Source: a virus
Taxonomy: Duplodnaviria; Heunggongvirae; Uroviricota; Caudoviricetes
DNA: 9,744 nucleotides
Strand: one strand, 5' to 3'
IMG/VR virus record: IMGVR_UViG_3300029469_000071
The notes below the pieces were generated by a model that saw only the letters and a program-made list of their open reading frames with translations, had not been told where the DNA came from and searched no databases. How positions within the stretch are numbered: the stretch's first letter is position 1; each line of letters opens with the position of its first letter. This document shows positions 7,182 through 9,744 of this stretch, piece after piece. The translations under genes and the position numbers were made by a program.

Positions 7182-7450
7182 GAAGATATTCCTTAAAATA
7201 TTATTGATTTTCATTGCGATATTGTATGTCTGATTCAGGATATGTTGACTTATACATCGGTTTTGTCTGGGTTATTGGATATGCCAATCCCTAATTTTAT
7301 TAGGGCATGACTAAAAATGCTGAATATGATAAGGAGAGATGTGATTATCAGTATGCTGTTCATATAGCCTCGAATTAGTAATGTGTTATATATGATATAG
7401 TTGACAATTTTTATCTTGGGTGTTCTTAAAGTTCGTAGATAAACATTGTC
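7182..7450 (-). promoter_or_regulatory. AT-rich upstream/leader region of ydfK; putative promoter and structured 5' UTR
   Basis: About 270 bp of strongly AT-rich sequence upstream of ydfK with several -10/-35-like hexamers on the minus strand (for example TTGTCA at 7401-7406 read on minus) and a perfect 7-bp hairpin CCCTAAT-TTT-ATTAGGG at 7289-7305. No single promoter can be singled out from sequence. Confidence 0.3.
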
Positions 7451-7682
7451 GTTTCAGGTATACAGGAATGCTAACAGGTGGCAGCAAAAATCAGGCGGTT
7501 TATGGCGCAAGCTGAAGCGGCAACTGCAAACTATCTTATGCAGAGACTCTACACGGATTGGGTTTAAAAGTATACATAGATAACAGTTTTTATCTGAAGA
7601 AGAAAAATATCAAGGTGATATAGCCTATATGCCTATGATGCGGAGGAATGAATGTGATGGGAGTGATGTATCTGAATAGTTG

Positions 7683-7723
7683 AAAAACCGCAGACACGCC
7701 TTATGCAAGAACGTGCTGCGGTT
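7683..7723 (-). terminator. Candidate rho-independent terminator on the minus strand
   Basis: Imperfect inverted repeat: AACCGCAG-A-CACG (7686-7698) pairs with CGTG-CTGCGGTT (7712-7723) around a 13-nt loop. Read on the minus strand the stem is followed by a 5-U run (plus A-run 7683-7687 overlapping the last stem pairs). GC-rich stem inside an otherwise AT-rich region. Confidence 0.35.
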
Positions 7724-7966
7724 GGCTGGTAAATTTTTCGATAGTGTGAGTATTGAATGATTTCCAGCCGTTCTTGATTTTACGCATAAATCCATGAAAA
7801 AACTACTTATCTGTTGGGGAGTTTTTTTGGGGCATATATGGGACAGAAATAGGCCCCAGATAGACACTGAGATCGAACTTAGGATGCTTTTTAAAAAATG
7901 CAACTATCTGAAAAAACCTAGAAAACGCCAAGGAAACCACAGGATGGGAAAAAACACCTGTGAATT

Positions 7967-9250
7967 ATGGATTTCCAGTTATATTCGCTCGGCGCAGCGT
8001 TAGTGTTTCATGAAATATTTTTTCCTGAATCATCAACGGCAATGGCGTTAATTCTGGCAATGGGAACCTACGGTGCAGGTTATGTGGCGCGTATTGTCGG
8101 AGCATTTATTTTCGGCAAAATGGGCGACAGAATAGGGCGTAAAAAAGTGCTCTTTATTACCATCACCATGATGGGGATCTGTACCACCTTAATTGGTGTG
8201 TTACCGACCTATGCACAGATTGGTGTTTTTGCACCCATCTTGCTGGTGACGTTGCGTATTATTCAGGGGTTGGGTGCAGGTGCGGAAATTTCCGGTGCCG
8301 GTACGATGCTGGCGGAATATGCGCCAAAAGGTAAGCGCGGAATTATCTCCTCATTTGTGGCTATGGGAACTAACTGCGGAACCTTGAGCGCAACGGCAAT
8401 CTGGGCCTTTATGTTCTTCATTCTCAGTAAAGAGGAACTGCTGGCGTGGGGATGGCGTATACCGTTCCTGGCGAGCGTTGTCGTGATGGTCTTTGCTATC
8501 TGGTTGCGTATGAATCTGAAAGAAAGCCCGGTCTTTGAGAAGGTTAACGACAGTAACCAACCGACAGCAAAACCTGCACCTGCTGGTAGCATGTTCCAGA
8601 GCAAATCCTTCTGGCTGGCAACAGGGCTGCGTTTTGGTCAGGCGGGTAACTCCGGGTTAATTCAGACTTTCCTTGCAGGCTATTTAGTGCAGACGTTATT
8701 GTTTAACAAAGCAATTCCAACAGATGCATTGATGATCAGTTCGATTCTCGGCTTTATGACCATTCCGTTCCTTGGTTGGTTATCCGATAAAATTGGTCGC
8801 CGGATCCCGTATATTATTATGAATACCTCCGCGATTGTGCTGGCATGGCCAATGCTTTCTATCATTGTAGATAAAAGCTATGCCCCGAGCACCATTATGG
8901 TTGCACTGATTGTGATTCATAACTGTGCGGTGCTGGGATTATTTGCTCTGGAAAACATTACCATGGCAGAAATGTTCGGCTGTAAAAACCGCTTTACCCG
9001 GATGGCTATTTCTAAAGAAATTGGTGGTCTTATCGCTTCCGGTTTTGGTCCTATCCTGGCGGGTATTTTCTGCACCATGACGGAATCCTGGTATCCGATC
9101 GCCATTATGATCATGGCATATTCAGTGATTGGTTTAATCTCTGCGCTGAAAATGCCAGAGGTGAAAGACCGTGATTTAAGTGCGCTGGAAGACGCTGCGG
9201 AAGATCAACCGCGTGTTGTAAGAGCTGCGCAACCTTCCAGAAGTCTGTAA
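7967..9250 (+). CDS. ydfJ: MFS transporter (metabolite:H+ symporter family), N-terminally truncated at the prophage junction; probable pseudogene or remnant, 427 aa
   Basis: Contains the MFS loop motif GKMGDRIGRKK and multiple hydrophobic spans. The ORF begins at ...DFQLYSLGAALVFHEIFFP..., which aligns with the end of TM1 in relatives such as KgtP ([20 protein letters not shown], recalled), so the N-terminal tail and most of TM1 are missing. In-frame stop at 7961-7963 and no Shine-Dalgarno before the ATG. Confidence 0.8.
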   Translation: MDFQLYSLGAALVFHEIFFPESSTAMALILAMGTYGAGYVARIVGAFIFGKMGDRIGRKKVLFITITMMGICTTLIGVLPTYAQIGVFAPILLVTLRIIQGLGAGAEISGAGTMLAEYAPKGKRGIISSFVAMGTNCGTLSATAIWAFMFFILSKEELLAWGWRIPFLASVVVMVFAIWLRMNLKESPVFEKVNDSNQPTAKPAPAGSMFQSKSFWLATGLRFGQAGNSGLIQTFLAGYLVQTLLFNKAIPTDALMISSILGFMTIPFLGWLSDKIGRRIPYIIMNTSAIVLAWPMLSIIVDKSYAPSTIMVALIVIHNCAVLGLFALENITMAEMFGCKNRFTRMAISKEIGGLIASGFGPILAGIFCTMTESWYPIAIMIMAYSVIGLISALKMPEVKDRDLSALEDAAEDQPRVVRAAQPSRSL

Positions 9251-9259
9251 ACCCTTAAT

Positions 9260-9290
9260 CCCTTCTCTTACCGGAGAGGGGATTTTTATT
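9260..9290 (+). terminator. Candidate rho-independent terminator after ydfJ
   Basis: Hairpin CCCTTCTCT-TACC-GGAGAGGGG (9260-9281, with G-U pairs) followed by ATTTTTATT (9282-9290), starting 10 nt after the ydfJ stop. Confidence 0.5.
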
Positions 9291-9338
9291 CATATAACAA
9301 AACATATAGCTTGCCATATTTATATTTAAGGAATTGTT

Positions 9339-9744
9339 ATGGGAAATAATTTGTTATCAGCAAAAGCGACACTCCCTGTTTATGATCGTAATAACCTGGC
9401 CCCAAGAATTGTTCATTTAGGCTTTGGTGCATTTCACCGTGCGCATCAGGGTGTGTATGCCGATATTCTTGCTACGGAACATTTCAGTGACTGGGGATAT
9501 TATGAGGTCAACTTAATCGGCGGCGAACAGCAAATTGCCGATTTACAACAGCAAGATAATCTTTATACCGTTGCGGAAATGTCGGCCGATGTGTGGACGG
9601 CTCGCGTCGTTGGCGTCGTTAAAAAAGCCTTGCACGTACAGATTGATGGCTTAGAAACCGTGTTGGCTGCGATGTGTGAACCGCAAATCGCGATTGTCTC
9701 TCTGACAATCACCGAAAAAGGGTATTTCCACTCTCCGGCGACCG
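9339..9744 (+). CDS. ydfI: Mannitol dehydrogenase family oxidoreductase (putative D-mannonate oxidoreductase), N-terminal part; runs off the right edge
   Basis: AAGGAA Shine-Dalgarno 6 nt before ATG 9339. N-terminus [42 protein letters not shown] carries the GxGxFHRAHQ nucleotide-binding signature of UxuB/MtlD-type dehydrogenases. Open to the end of the window. Confidence 0.8.
   Translation, partial: MGNNLLSAKATLPVYDRNNLAPRIVHLGFGAFHRAHQGVYADILATEHFSDWGYYEVNLIGGEQQIADLQQQDNLYTVAEMSADVWTARVVGVVKKALHVQIDGLETVLAAMCEPQIAIVSLTITEKGYFHSPAT

Larger units (their letters stand above)
1..7966. mobile_element. Right arm of a cryptic lambdoid (Qin-like) prophage; continues beyond the left edge of the window; right boundary inferred at the truncation point of ydfJ
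   Basis: Contiguous phage structural genes (portal, protease-capsid, FII/Z/U/V-like, tail fibre, tail fibre assembly) plus a Pin-type invertase, ending exactly where a chromosomal MFS transporter gene loses its N-terminus. Boundary position is inferred; no att core identified. Confidence 0.7.

Noticed and set aside
7502-7567. 21-codon ORF (MAQAEAATANYLMQRLYTDWV) in the ydfK-ydfJ' spacer
   Set aside because: Only a weak Shine-Dalgarno-like sequence and no supporting features; ORFs this short arise by chance. Worth testing only if ribosome profiling data exist.
7625-8003. ORF 7625-7903 (-, hydrophobic N-terminus, toxin-like at first glance) and ORF 7794-8003 (+)
   Set aside because: The first is interrupted by the terminator-like hairpin at 7683-7723 and has no Shine-Dalgarno. 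The second has no RBS and runs into the ydfJ' start in another frame. Neither resembles a known small toxin family as far as I can recall.
8263-9114. Minus-strand ORFs inside ydfJ' (8263-8604, 8351-8560, 8680-8865, 8917-9114)
   Set aside because: Antisense to a clearly coding membrane-protein frame.
1-9744. Checked for CRISPR repeats, tRNA/tmRNA-like sequence, rRNA and IS-element terminal inverted repeats
   Set aside because: No regularly spaced direct repeats, no GGTTCGAATCC-type T-loop in a cloverleaf context, and no transposase-like ORF were seen.

Overview
This window reads as the right-hand end of a cryptic lambdoid (Qin-like) prophage and its junction with the E. coli chromosome. All calls come from reading the sequence and the ORF track against remembered protein families; no database search was run. 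Positions 1-4201 carry a lambda-like head and proximal-tail module on the minus strand: a portal C-terminal fragment, a fused prohead-protease/major-capsid gene, a small head protein, FII-like, Z-like, U-like and the start of the major tail protein V. Positions 4184-7181 carry a 5'-truncated side tail fibre gene and a tail fibre assembly gene on the plus strand, then a Pin-family serine invertase and the small cold-shock gene ydfK on the minus strand. An AT-rich non-coding stretch (7182-7966) leads into an N-terminally truncated MFS transporter gene (ydfJ') and the start of a mannitol-dehydrogenase-family gene (ydfI). Gene symbols stfQ/tfaQ/pinQ/ydfK/ydfJ/ydfI are assigned from recalled K-12 synteny and should be confirmed. 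The most unusual feature is the breakpoint near 4185-4205, where the truncated portal gene sits back-to-back with the truncated tail fibre gene, so the whole head/tail block is inverted relative to the tail-fibre module. The second is that the invertase has no recognisable invertible cassette or crossover-site pair. I found no CRISPR array, tRNA, rRNA or IS element, and nothing that I can defend as a wholly new system.
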